Below are positions 1-9,547 of a DNA stretch of 64,000 nt, in pieces. The notes under the pieces are model-generated. The model was not told the DNA's origin. It ran no database searches and worked only from the letters and a program-made list of their open reading frames with translations. Source of the stretch: Nitrosopumilus sp. (GTDB taxonomy: Archaea; Thermoproteota; Nitrososphaeria; Nitrososphaerales; Nitrosopumilaceae); assembly GCA_965197525.1 (NCBI GenBank), contig OZ240211.1, positions 704,001-768,000 of the forward strand, in the 5' to 3' direction. How positions within the stretch are numbered: the stretch's first letter is position 1; each line of letters begins with the position of its first letter. The translations under genes and the position numbers were made by a program.

Positions 1-2
1 AA

Positions 3-1496
3 AGAGACATAAGAAATGCAAATCCTTGGTGGGTTAATCCAAAAAATATTGATAAAGATAAACATGTTCAAAGTTGGAATGAAACACAACTCAAACATAC
101 TCCAAGGTTAATGTACAAATTGATTAGTAGTTTCAGGACCGTTAATACAGTTGTGTATACCCTAAGAGGTTTAAGACAAGTGGGTAAGACAACTCTGATA
201 AAATTAAAGATTAAAGAGTTTATAGAAAAAGGCATAACAGGATGGAACATACTATACTATTCGTTTGATTTACAAGAAAAGCCAATAGATGTAGTTGATG
301 TAATTCAAAAATATATGAAGATAACATCCAGGTTACGTGACAATAAAAGATGCTATATATTCTTAGATGAGATAACATCAATTCCAAACTGGCAAAAAGG
401 AATTAAAGCGTTGATTGATAATGATGAAATCAAAAATTGTACAGTTATCGCAACAGGTTCACAGGCAATAGATTTGAAAGGTAGTGCTGAACGATTACCA
501 GGCCGTAGAGGGGATATTGATGATAGTTATGATAAAATTTTACTGCCAATGAAATTTTCTGAATATGTTTCAGATTTAAACCCAAAAATCAAACATGTGA
601 TCAGAGAAGAGTTATTGTCAGATGACAGGAGAATTATATTTAATGAACTGTTCAATGGCAAAATAAATAAAAAGATAGAAAAGATTGATGTGTGGAGAAA
701 TGAATTAGACGATTTATTAAAAGAATACATAATGACTGGAGGATTGCCATATGTGGTGAATAAAAAAATATCTGACGGATTTATTCCAGAGAATGTATAC
801 ACAAGTTATAAAGATAGTGTTAATGGAGAATGGGTACAATTAAACAATAAAGAGATATGGTTAAAACAGCTCAATAACGCAATTATAAAATCCCAAGGCA
901 GTCAAACTTCATGGAATAGTCTGGCTAAAAATACTGAAATATCCAGTCATAATACGGCACAGGATTATGTGCGCACATTAGAGAATCTCTTTGTAGTATC
1001 AATAATTAATAGATATAGTACAGATACTAAAAAAGCGTTAATAAAGAAAGAGAAAAAGATCTATTTTCAAGATCCATTTCTTTTCCATATGTTTAACAAT
1101 CAAGCAGGTAACAGAACAAGTTTTGATCAAAGTTTGGAATATTTGGAAGATGAGGGCAATAAAGGAAGGATTCTTGAGGGGGTTATAGCGAATCACTTGG
1201 TCAGATGGGCCTTTATCTCTAGCAAACGAAAACAGAGTTTTGACCCCCATGATCACATATTTTATTGGAAGGATAAGAATAACAAAGAGGTTGATTTCAT
1301 ATATTATGACGGGGAATCAATAGAGATGCCAATAGAGTTAAAGTACAAAAACAGAGTATACAAAAAAGAACTAGGCGGGATGTTGAGCTTTGTGGATTAT
1401 ACGAAGAAAAGCGGTTTGGTTATCTCAAAGAACCAGATTGGAGTTCAACAAGAGTATGTAGAGATTCCGGCATCAGTATTTCTGGCTTTGGTTTAA
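3..1496 (+). CDS. AAA_14-type ATPase with C-terminal DUF4143-like domain (COG1373 family); 5' end lies outside the window
   Basis: Walker A GLRQVGKT, Walker B IFLDEI, KIYFQDPFL and YWKDKNNKEVDFI motifs. The frame is open from base 3 (RDIRNANPWW...), so the real start is upstream of the ORF-track start at 111. Confidence 0.85.
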   Translation, partial: RDIRNANPWWVNPKNIDKDKHVQSWNETQLKHTPRLMYKLISSFRTVNTVVYTLRGLRQVGKTTLIKLKIKEFIEKGITGWNILYYSFDLQEKPIDVVDVIQKYMKITSRLRDNKRCYIFLDEITSIPNWQKGIKALIDNDEIKNCTVIATGSQAIDLKGSAERLPGRRGDIDDSYDKILLPMKFSEYVSDLNPKIKHVIREELLSDDRRIIFNELFNGKINKKIEKIDVWRNELDDLLKEYIMTGGLPYVVNKKISDGFIPENVYTSYKDSVNGEWVQLNNKEIWLKQLNNAIIKSQGSQTSWNSLAKNTEISSHNTAQDYVRTLENLFVVSIINRYSTDTKKALIKKEKKIYFQDPFLFHMFNNQAGNRTSFDQSLEYLEDEGNKGRILEGVIANHLVRWAFISSKRKQSFDPHDHIFYWKDKNNKEVDFIYYDGESIEMPIELKYKNRVYKKELGGMLSFVDYTKKSGLVISKNQIGVQQEYVEIPASVFLALV

Positions 1497-1590
1497 AGGT
1501 CAGGATAGGACTGAACAAATCTAGACTGTCAATAACACCGCGACACAGCAGGGAAGATAAAGAGAGAGATGGCTCAGACTACTATTACTA

Positions 1591-2085
1591 TTAGCCAGTC
1601 ACATCCACATCAATGCTAACAGGCGGAGACAAAGCAGTCGGATTATCGACTGACTCCCATACAAGCGCAGTGATACGGTATGCACCTGTCTTGGCAGGAA
1701 TCCAAGATACTACAGGATTAAACGACTGCTCAGGGAGTAATGAATCCGTAATCCAAGATAGTGCGACTGTTATGCCGTCACTGTCTTGAATCTGGCACCA
1801 GATATGCAAAGTCTCGATCCCTATCTTGATTGTTGGACAGGTGACCGATGATTTGTACTTGGCTGCCTACAGTTATAGTATCAGGAGCATTTCCAAACGC
1901 GTCTACAATCCTCAAAGTAGGAGGATGAATTCCTCTCAAAGGTGACATAGTATAATCAGTTAACGTAGTGGCAGTAATGGGGACACTGTCAGCAATTGTG
2001 TACGGGTCAGGCAGTGTGGCATCATCATAAGTTGCACTAACTGTATCACCCACTGCTACACGTAGTACGTGTCCAGAAGATGATG
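1591..2085 (-). pseudogene. Frameshifted partial copy of the S-layer protein C-terminus (about 165 aa)
   Basis: SSSGHVLRVAVGDTV...TLPDPYT...QDRDRDFAYLV / QIQDSDG...VWESVDNPTALSPPV aligns to the end of the 3088..7980 protein. There is a 1-bp insertion near 1796 (gtg c cag att versus gta cag atc). No upstream part or start codon. Confidence 0.85.
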
Positions 2086-2265
2086 TCTAATTACGATCCA
2101 GCTGCCGAAGTTGATAAAATGTTCGAGGAATCTGATAAACAATTTGAGGAACGTTTTAAAAATTGTAAAAAGCATGAATACGAAACAATAGATTTTCTAT
2201 TCCCACACACTAACAAAAAAACCGATATATGCAAATATTGCAGTTATGTAAGACCACATGAATAA
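2080..2265 (+). CDS. Small hypothetical protein with a possible Cys/His metal site (CKKH...CKYC)
   Basis: 61-aa ORF ending 20 bp before an IS6-type TIR. Confidence 0.45.
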   Translation: MMSNYDPAAEVDKMFEESDKQFEERFKNCKKHEYETIDFLFPHTNKKTDICKYCSYVRPHE

Positions 2266-2284
2266 TTGTGGTTAGCCCAACCCG

Positions 2285-2307
2285 GGTCTCGATAACCCAA
2301 CAGAACC
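2285..2307. mobile_element. Orphan IS6-type terminal inverted repeat (right-end orientation)
   Basis: ggtctcgataacccaacagaacc is 21/23 identical to the right TIR of the 32087..32573 MITE (ggtctctataacccgacagaacc). Confidence 0.75.
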
Positions 2308-2349
2308 CCAATAAGAAATATTTAAAAACAACTTTAGTGTTATTATAAT

Positions 2350-2514
2350 ATGGCATTTAGAAAAAAACGAGGGGATACTAAAATTGGAAATGTTTCAGGA
2401 ATACCCAAAGAAGTACTAGATAAATATAGAAATGATGCGCATTTAGACACAACTCTAGAAAAAGAACGTGTAACATCATTACACAATCTTAAGAAAAAAT
2501 ATAACAACAGCTAG
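2350..2514 (+). CDS. Small basic hypothetical protein (54 aa, below the ORF-track cutoff)
   Basis: ATG 2350 to TAG 2514, MAFRKKRGDTKIGNVSGIPKEVLDKYRNDAHLDTTLEKERVTSLHNLKKKYNNS; TATA-like aaatatttaaa about 25-30 nt upstream. Confidence 0.5.
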   Translation: MAFRKKRGDTKIGNVSGIPKEVLDKYRNDAHLDTTLEKERVTSLHNLKKKYNNS

Positions 2515-2741
2515 AATTTCTGAAACGAATTTTTTTAATTTAGAAATCTGATCATTTAGATGACGATCTTTCCATATCGTTTTTTCATTATTTTGGATTA
2601 TATATACAATCAAGGCATATGTGCAGTGTTGCACTATTCTGCGTTACTATTACAAAATGTTATTTCCTAATCATTGCCAACCACGCCTGACGGCTCTAAA
2701 ATCGCGTCAGATTAGGTGCGCCAATCTAATTTAAACTGTGA

Positions 2742-2966
2742 ATCAAACGTTTTCAACAGATCGTCTTCTCCACATTCAAACGAATATCCAGCAGGTGTAT
2801 GAATGCACGAATATGGGCAAACGCCAAGACGGATATTTACGGGAAGGTATGTCTGTACAATCACATGATTGATATGGCAACTGAGAACGGATATGGCACG
2901 CCAAAGATCGTGTACCTCCCCAAAAAACTGCATTTGAAGACAGCAAGACGGGAGGAGAGGCAATGA
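2742..2966 (+). pseudogene. C-terminal remnant of an IS5-like DDE transposase
   Basis: Hand translation IVFSTFKRISSRCMNARIWANAKTDIYGKVCLYNHMI resembles, from memory, the ETVFSxxKRxxG...AR...K..LYN end of IS5-family enzymes. There is an in-frame stop at 2739. Confidence 0.4.
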
Positions 2967-3087
2967 CGTGGCCAAAATCACAGATGGGCGTCTATCGGGA
3001 ATAATTAGGAAACAAAATTTAGCAATGATCACAGATACATACTAGGAATCAAATAAAAAAAAGAAAAAAAGGATAGTTTGAACTAGT

Positions 3088-6000
3088 CTAGTTTACACTT
3101 ACATCAATTGTGACTGGTGGTGACAATGCAGTTGGGTTATCGACTGACTCCCAAACGAATGCAGTTACAGTGTATGTACCTGATTCACTTGGTGTCCACG
3201 ATACCGCTGGGCTGAATGATTGACCTGGTGACAATGTACCTGCGATCCATGCTAGGTGGACTGTAACGCCGTCACCGTCTTGGATCTGTACCAAATATGC
3301 AAAGTCTTGATCTCTATCCTGTCCATTTGCTAGGTTGGCGCTCACTTGTACCTGTTGATCTGGTGAAACAGTGCTTAGACTGTTTCCGAATGGATCAACT
3401 ACCCTCAAGTCAGAGGCCGGAGCCCGTTCTAGAGGTGGTACGATAGTGCCAATTAGTGTGGTGGCAGTAATATCGATGCTGTCTGCAGTTGTGTATGGGT
3501 CAGGTAGTGTCTCATCTGTATAATATGCAGTGACTGTGTCGCCTTCTGCAATTCTAAGTCTGTGACCGGATGATGCACTGGAAGTTGTAAAGAACACAGT
3601 TCCCTCAAATATACCAGTTGCCTCGTTAGTCTCAGTTACAGCCAGACTGATGCCGCCTGCATCCGTACTGGATACAACATCGACTTCAAAGTTGTCTACT
3701 GCTTCTGGGTTCAGACTCATGTCTGGGTCAATTATTCTTAATATGCCATTTCCGCTAGCTGGATAGCTTGCTTCTAACCATTGTACTTCGCCTATATTCC
3801 ATCGAATCAATGATGATGATAATACTGTCTCATCGTCTGAGAATTCAAACGATAATGATATACCATCACCGTGTTTGGTTTCTAGCTGTCCGCTAGTTGG
3901 TCCAGTTTTCTCAAGATCATTAGGTACTATATTCTTTCCTAACAGGCTATCATTATTACCAACAAGTGTGATCTCACCAGTAAAGATACCTGTATCAGCG
4001 CCTGTTTCAACGAGTTTGTAATTTGAAAGAGCACCTTCTCTAGTACTAATTCGTATTTCATCGTCGTCACCGTCACCGATACTATCAATGGCTTTGGTGT
4101 CAAAGTTGTGATCAGGAGCTACGATTGTCATATAGACCTTGTCAGTCCATGTGTAGATCTTTTGATCAAACTCGACTGTTGCGCCAAAGTTGGAAGTAAA
4201 GACTGTAGTACTAATGTCTTCGCTGTTTTCACCTACGAATGCAGAACCTGATGGTCCATAATCAACATATATCAACTCGATCTCCTCACCTCTCTCGAGG
4301 GCATCATCGTCTAATTCTGCAGGAATCTCGACTACAACCTGGAAGATACCAGTGTTGGGGCCTGTTTCCCTAAGACTAGATGGTTCAGGATCAAATGCGG
4401 TTATTTCACCACCAGCATTACCCATAGATACAGTTGCAGCACTAGAGTCCCACTCGATCAAATCTAGATCGTAGGTCTCGTTTTGGCTGCTGTCCAAGTC
4501 AAGATCTGGCTCGATAAGAGTCAGGATCATGTCAGAACCAATTATGTATACTGATTTGTCAGATTGTAAGACACCATTTCTTAGGTCAAAGGTAGCAGAG
4601 TCAGTTACGGTATTTTCTTCACCAGATGCATCAGTTGGATCCTTATATTCTACTCGGAGAATGTCTCCTTGTAAGATCTTACCGCCTGGTCCATTATTAG
4701 CACCGATTGTTATTGGTTCTTCAAATATTCCAGCGTCTGGTGCAATTTCCGTAATTGGATCATCTTCACTTCCTAATTTTGGATAGACGGCATTACCTTC
4801 TTTTCCAAGTGTAATAGTATCGTTTGACTTATCACCATAAATGAAGTATTCATCGCTATCTCTACTAATAGAGACTTCAAGAACTCCTTCATCAGTTTCT
4901 GCTATTGCGTCTTCACCGGATGCTGATACATCAAAGTCTGGATCGTTAATACTAACATAGACGATCAGATCGCCATTGGTTAAATATTCATTCCCATCTA
5001 CAGCATCTAATTTAAATGCTTTATCGGCAAATGGTACAGGATAAACAGTTCTATCGAAACTTACAGATCCAGTATTGGCTTTGACACCTGCGTCACTACT
5101 TACTTCTGTAGTCTCGCCTGAGGCGTCTCTAAAGTCGACATAGTTGACTGCGATATCAAGACCAGTGACCGATGGTGTAATCAATTCACCATTATCATTA
5201 CGATCAGCTTCACCATTACCACCATCAATACAGATTACGTCAGGTATTTGGAAGGTACCCGTAAAGACACCTGAATCGTTATCAGATTCACCTAAAGTAA
5301 AGCCAGTTGCACCAAGACCGGTACAACCATCAGTATTATAGTTAGTCCAACGATTGTCATCAAAGGTTACTTCCAATAAATTACCCAAGTATGTTGGGCC
5401 CTCGCCTGGATGAACCTCACCTACAACATCCCAGTTATCACCACGAGTATCAGTAATAACATCCTTCATCAGTACCTGTGGGTTACCATTAGTATCTAGT
5501 TCGAGTACATCATTAACATCACGTTGATACTGTTCGTTACCATCAGTGTCCAGATCTAGTTCTTGTGTTACAGTTCGAACACCAGTATTAACAACAGTAT
5601 AGATTTCTTTCAGTTCAGAATCTACATTGAGATCCAAATCTTCAACTGTGATTGTTACGGTATCTCCAACCTTGAATGATTCAACATCAAGCGTTACAAT
5701 ACCAGAGTGACTAGGTGCGTCTTGCTTTGCTGAAACCTGAGTTGCAACACCGTCTGTACCTACATCAAAGTATGTAACAGTTGGAGCATCGCTACCTGTC
5801 AAATCCTCAATTACGATAAAGCTTACGTCATCGTCAATTGGAGATATGCCAGCATAAGTTTCGAGGTCAAATATGTTGAGTTGATTAATCATGACGTACT
5901 CCAAAGTACCTTCAAAGGTACCTTGGTTGTCGCTTGATTCTTCTAACTCGAGTCTGATTATCTGATTTGCGATTCTCTCACTGCTTGCTTCACCTTCGTT

Positions 6001-7980
6001 TTCATAACCAAAGGAGAAGAAGTCAACGACTACCGGATATTTCACGGCAACGTCAACATTAACAGTTTCGGTGTCAGCAAAATTCAACTTTAATCGAACC
6101 ATGTCTGCACCATCTAGATCTGCATGAAACAGCGCTGCGGTATCATCAAAAGCAGAGATATATCCACTTTGGTTATCTAATCCACTAATCGTTTGAACAA
6201 TCGCTACAGCATCGTTCTCGTATTCAACTATTACTTCAATAGAGGCAATATTGGCCTTAAAGCTTTCAACATTGTAGTTTACAAAGTTGTAGCCATTTGC
6301 TGAAGAATGGTCGATTAAGCTGTTTCGAAGTTCGTCAATACCATTTTCAAAGTCAATGACTATGAAATCAATATTTTCTAATGGTCGAGAACCCGTAAGG
6401 ATTGCAAGAGCAGTTAAGTCATCTGTATCATCAATGTTATCTTCAAAGCTAAGAATAGCTCTTTCGCTGAAGGATTCGACGTTTGCGTCATGCTTTACCA
6501 CGACAATGTTATCAGCGGTTATTTTGGTGACACCGTCATCTTCAAGGTTGTCTCTGTATTCATCAGTCCCTGGATTTATTTCATAACCCTTTATCACAAA
6601 TGAATCCTCTGGATCAATACCGTTACCGAGGTTAAGTTGTCTTATGGCTTCAGCCTCGGCGGCATCACCCTCAATCTTCCAACCAACCCAAGTTGTTGTG
6701 TCTTCAGTTGTCATGCGGTCATCTGAGAGTTCACCCAAGGTGAATGGATCATTCGTAACTAACGTTGGAATGATTGAATTAACGTTAGAAACTTCAATGG
6801 TTTCATCAGACAGACTGTTCTTGTTAGCGTCGTCATCAACTACAGCTACAGAGATAGCTGATCCTGATGGCCATACATCGGTTGGCGCATCAATAGTAAT
6901 TGATGCAGTGTAATGTTTTGCCCCTATACCATTAGGTGTACCATCATAAGATAGAACACCAGATGTATCTCTGTTAGCATCATCAAGTATTCTAACTGTG
7001 GATTCATCATCGATATCAGTTGTTGTAAAGACACCATCATTTGCTCCAGTTTCTCTGACCGAGACTGAAATAAAGTCTGGGTCTCTTGGGTCTATGATTA
7101 GTGGTCTCTTGTCAGCCGATACAGTATCAAGTACTCCATCGGAACTAATTTCAAGTGAACATTCAGCACATACTTCATCTGAGTTAACGTCATCACCTAC
7201 ATCTGCAAGAGGAATAGTAGGGCTGGCAGGATTAGCATCTAGGTTATAATACATTGCACCCGTTCCATCTCCTGTTACACTCCAAGTCCATGTATCTCTA
7301 GTTGTTGGATCGATGTTCAATCTATGATCATCGATGGATGCATGTACATATGCTCCAGGTGGATATGATGATCTGTCAAGGGTCATTCCCTCACTGTTAT
7401 CATCAAAGTCAAGAGTTGTTCGCTCTGCACCTCCTCCTCTATTGTACTCTATCTCTACAGTACTTGAGAAGGGAAATGCTTGAACGAAAGGCCATTCAGT
7501 AATGGGGGGGTTTGATGATTGGGCATTTTGAATTACGTTTCCTAAGTTACCATCAGTAGCGGTACAAACATTCTCAACAGTAACAGCAGGAGTACCAACA
7601 GTAATACTAGCAGTAATACTAGCATCAGTAGTACAAGAACCAAAGTTCAAACCTGCAATATTAGCAGGAGTACCAACAGCATCACTTACAAAGTATGCAT
7701 GATATTCACCATCGCTAATTTTAGCCATGTAAAGATCGTCACCATTAACGGTGACATCAGGTCTGCTATCAGTATCGAGATCATTATCTCTGATGACAAC
7801 CTCGACTATCTGTAGTCCATGGAAAGAGTTACCCGTCTTTTCTGCGGAGACAAACAAGTTAGCGTTGTGGTCTGCAAATGCCTCTGGGACAAACCCTTGG
7901 GCACCGACAGTTACACCACCAGCTAGCATTATTGTCATTAGTGTAAGACTAGTTATTTTTCGTCCTATTTCATTTTTCAT
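3088..7980 (-). CDS. Major S-layer protein (thaumarchaeal SlaA/Slp1 type), 1630 aa, very acidic
   Basis: Characteristic N-terminus MKNEIGRKITSLTLMTIMLAGG...NANLFVSAE, repeated LxETGxxTGIF motifs and C-terminus FVWESVDNPTALSPP. Confidence 0.93.
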   Translation of the reverse strand: MKNEIGRKITSLTLMTIMLAGGVTVGAQGFVPEAFADHNANLFVSAEKTGNSFHGLQIVEVVIRDNDLDTDSRPDVTVNGDDLYMAKISDGEYHAYFVSDAVGTPANIAGLNFGSCTTDASITASITVGTPAVTVENVCTATDGNLGNVIQNAQSSNPPITEWPFVQAFPFSSTVEIEYNRGGGAERTTLDFDDNSEGMTLDRSSYPPGAYVHASIDDHRLNIDPTTRDTWTWSVTGDGTGAMYYNLDANPASPTIPLADVGDDVNSDEVCAECSLEISSDGVLDTVSADKRPLIIDPRDPDFISVSVRETGANDGVFTTTDIDDESTVRILDDANRDTSGVLSYDGTPNGIGAKHYTASITIDAPTDVWPSGSAISVAVVDDDANKNSLSDETIEVSNVNSIIPTLVTNDPFTLGELSDDRMTTEDTTTWVGWKIEGDAAEAEAIRQLNLGNGIDPEDSFVIKGYEINPGTDEYRDNLEDDGVTKITADNIVVVKHDANVESFSERAILSFEDNIDDTDDLTALAILTGSRPLENIDFIVIDFENGIDELRNSLIDHSSANGYNFVNYNVESFKANIASIEVIVEYENDAVAIVQTISGLDNQSGYISAFDDTAALFHADLDGADMVRLKLNFADTETVNVDVAVKYPVVVDFFSFGYENEGEASSERIANQIIRLELEESSDNQGTFEGTLEYVMINQLNIFDLETYAGISPIDDDVSFIVIEDLTGSDAPTVTYFDVGTDGVATQVSAKQDAPSHSGIVTLDVESFKVGDTVTITVEDLDLNVDSELKEIYTVVNTGVRTVTQELDLDTDGNEQYQRDVNDVLELDTNGNPQVLMKDVITDTRGDNWDVVGEVHPGEGPTYLGNLLEVTFDDNRWTNYNTDGCTGLGATGFTLGESDNDSGVFTGTFQIPDVICIDGGNGEADRNDNGELITPSVTGLDIAVNYVDFRDASGETTEVSSDAGVKANTGSVSFDRTVYPVPFADKAFKLDAVDGNEYLTNGDLIVYVSINDPDFDVSASGEDAIAETDEGVLEVSISRDSDEYFIYGDKSNDTITLGKEGNAVYPKLGSEDDPITEIAPDAGIFEEPITIGANNGPGGKILQGDILRVEYKDPTDASGEENTVTDSATFDLRNGVLQSDKSVYIIGSDMILTLIEPDLDLDSSQNETYDLDLIEWDSSAATVSMGNAGGEITAFDPEPSSLRETGPNTGIFQVVVEIPAELDDDALERGEEIELIYVDYGPSGSAFVGENSEDISTTVFTSNFGATVEFDQKIYTWTDKVYMTIVAPDHNFDTKAIDSIGDGDDDEIRISTREGALSNYKLVETGADTGIFTGEITLVGNNDSLLGKNIVPNDLEKTGPTSGQLETKHGDGISLSFEFSDDETVLSSSLIRWNIGEVQWLEASYPASGNGILRIIDPDMSLNPEAVDNFEVDVVSSTDAGGISLAVTETNEATGIFEGTVFFTTSSASSGHRLRIAEGDTVTAYYTDETLPDPYTTADSIDITATTLIGTIVPPLERAPASDLRVVDPFGNSLSTVSPDQQVQVSANLANGQDRDQDFAYLVQIQDGDGVTVHLAWIAGTLSPGQSFSPAVSWTPSESGTYTVTAFVWESVDNPTALSPPVTIDVSVN

Positions 7981-8007
7981 GTTATTAGTTAAATTTTGAA
8001 TAGTTTG

Positions 8008-8015
8008 CTTATAAA
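8008..8015 (-). promoter_or_regulatory. Probable TATA box of the S-layer gene
   Basis: TTTATAAG on the minus strand, 28-35 nt upstream of the ATG at 7980. Confidence 0.5.
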
Positions 8016-8296
8016 TGCAATGAACGATTTGTCTATATTAGAATTAAATAATTTTAGAGCGTAATCATCGTCGTCATTCTTAAGGCTAGAATACAATCAA
8101 AACGTCGAGTTAGGACATGATTTTGGCCCTAAAATAACATTCAGAATATGAGATGTTCAGGTATCACCTATGTTAAAACATCCAGGCACAGCCACGCGTG
8201 GTTTCCATTTGGCCTTCGATCCACGCCTACAGTACCCGTATGTGTTTTTAAAGCTATCGCTAGGAAAAAAACTGCAACAGATGTGTGACTGACTGG

Positions 8297-9397
8297 CTAT
8301 TCCGTACCCTGCATAGACTGTCGAACACTGTTCATTCTCTTTATCTTTCTGCCATATCTTTGTACATTGTGTGACTTGTACGGTTCCCTGAGTGTCAGTA
8401 TGGCCCAAATGATTCGTATCATCTTGTTTGCCACATGTGTTACGGCAATCGCATGTTTGCCGCCATGTCTTTTTTTGCATCTCTCATAGAACTCCTTTAA
8501 CTTGTCATCGTATCTTACTGCCACGTTTGCTGCTTGAATAAGTATCCAGTTTATTCTTCTGTTTGCTGCCTTTTTCATGCGGCCATGATGTGTTACATCA
8601 CCTGATTGGTAGACGGTGGGACACATGCCTGCCCATGAGACCAAGTGTTCCGGGGTTTTGAATCTTGATATGTCCCCAATCTCTGATACGACAAGCATTG
8701 ATGCAAATACATCCAGTCCTGTCATGCTCATAAGCAATCTTGCATCATCGTTTACTGCTGCTTGTTTGTCTATCTCTGTTTCGACATTTGTTATCTCTTC
8801 TGTGACATGTGCAATTCTTTTGGCACAGTTCTTCAGTATCAGGTTGTCGTTTGGTCTTTTCAGTTCTGTATGTGAGAGCAGTCCGATGGCTTTTTTGCTG
8901 TACATGTTTGAGACGTTCAGTCTTACATCGTACTTGTCAAGCAGATTGTGTGTATAGTTGATAAGTGCAGTCCTTGCCTGGACCATGCTTATTCTGTACC
9001 TGAGCAGCTCTCTGGCATCACGCAGTGCCGGGGGCGCCACATAACACCGGGGAATCATCCCTACACAAAGTATGTTGGCAATCTTTCGTGCATCGATGGG
9101 ATCCGTCTTGACGTCGGTATCTGATATTATCTTCATCTTGTAGGTATTGGCAAGCTGGATTGGTATGTCGTGTTCCTCAAATGCCTCAAATGTCTTGAGC
9201 CACATGTTTCCTGTAGTCTCGCATGCAGCACGACACTGTCCTCTTCTCCTGCCGTATTTTCTTTTCATCCTGCCTGCAAACTCTTTTGCATCTTCTAGCG
9301 TATTGTCATATGTAGTCTCCTCTAGTATTCTTTCCTTGTCATCCATGACACATACTACGCATTTTCTCTTGCTAATGTCTATTCCAATATTTCTCAT
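8297..9397 (-). CDS. IS110-family DEDD recombinase/transposase
   Basis: GIDISK, CETT and KTDPIDARKIA (DEDD), plus C-terminal SWAGMCPTVYQSG. Likely start MRNIGID at 9397. Confidence 0.93.
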   Translation of the reverse strand: MRNIGIDISKRKCVVCVMDDKERILEETTYDNTLEDAKEFAGRMKRKYGRRRGQCRAACETTGNMWLKTFEAFEEHDIPIQLANTYKMKIISDTDVKTDPIDARKIANILCVGMIPRCYVAPPALRDARELLRYRISMVQARTALINYTHNLLDKYDVRLNVSNMYSKKAIGLLSHTELKRPNDNLILKNCAKRIAHVTEEITNVETEIDKQAAVNDDARLLMSMTGLDVFASMLVVSEIGDISRFKTPEHLVSWAGMCPTVYQSGDVTHHGRMKKAANRRINWILIQAANVAVRYDDKLKEFYERCKKRHGGKHAIAVTHVANKMIRIIWAILTLREPYKSHNVQRYGRKIKRMNSVRQSMQGTE

Positions 9398-9427
9398 CCT
9401 TTTTATCACCTCCTTGCGGATTGTTTT

Positions 9428-9547
9428 TGATGGATCGGAGGCTGCAATCACCTATCAGTGCGCGAGGCACAGGAACGCAGCAGCTCGGATTGCCCCATTC
9501 AAAGTTAAGTGCGCGAAGCACATGTTTCCTAAGGGGTCGATCCATCA
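9428..9547 (-). ncRNA. Putative bridge RNA (target-binding and donor-binding loops) in the 5' non-coding end of the IS110 element
   Basis: A 10-bp outer stem (9428-9437 / 9538-9547) encloses two near-identical hairpins, gtgcgcgaggcac (9458-9470) and gtgcgcgaagcac (9509-9521). Their adjacent loop arms match the element junctions. Confidence 0.75.

Noticed and set aside
2712-3032. 106-aa minus-strand ORF
   Set aside because: No recognisable motif; the plus strand carries a transposase-like remnant instead.
1591-3600. Diversity-generating retroelement (TR/VR pair) formed by the S-layer C-terminal copy
   Set aside because: Differences affect all four bases and are too numerous, and there is no reverse transcriptase in the window.
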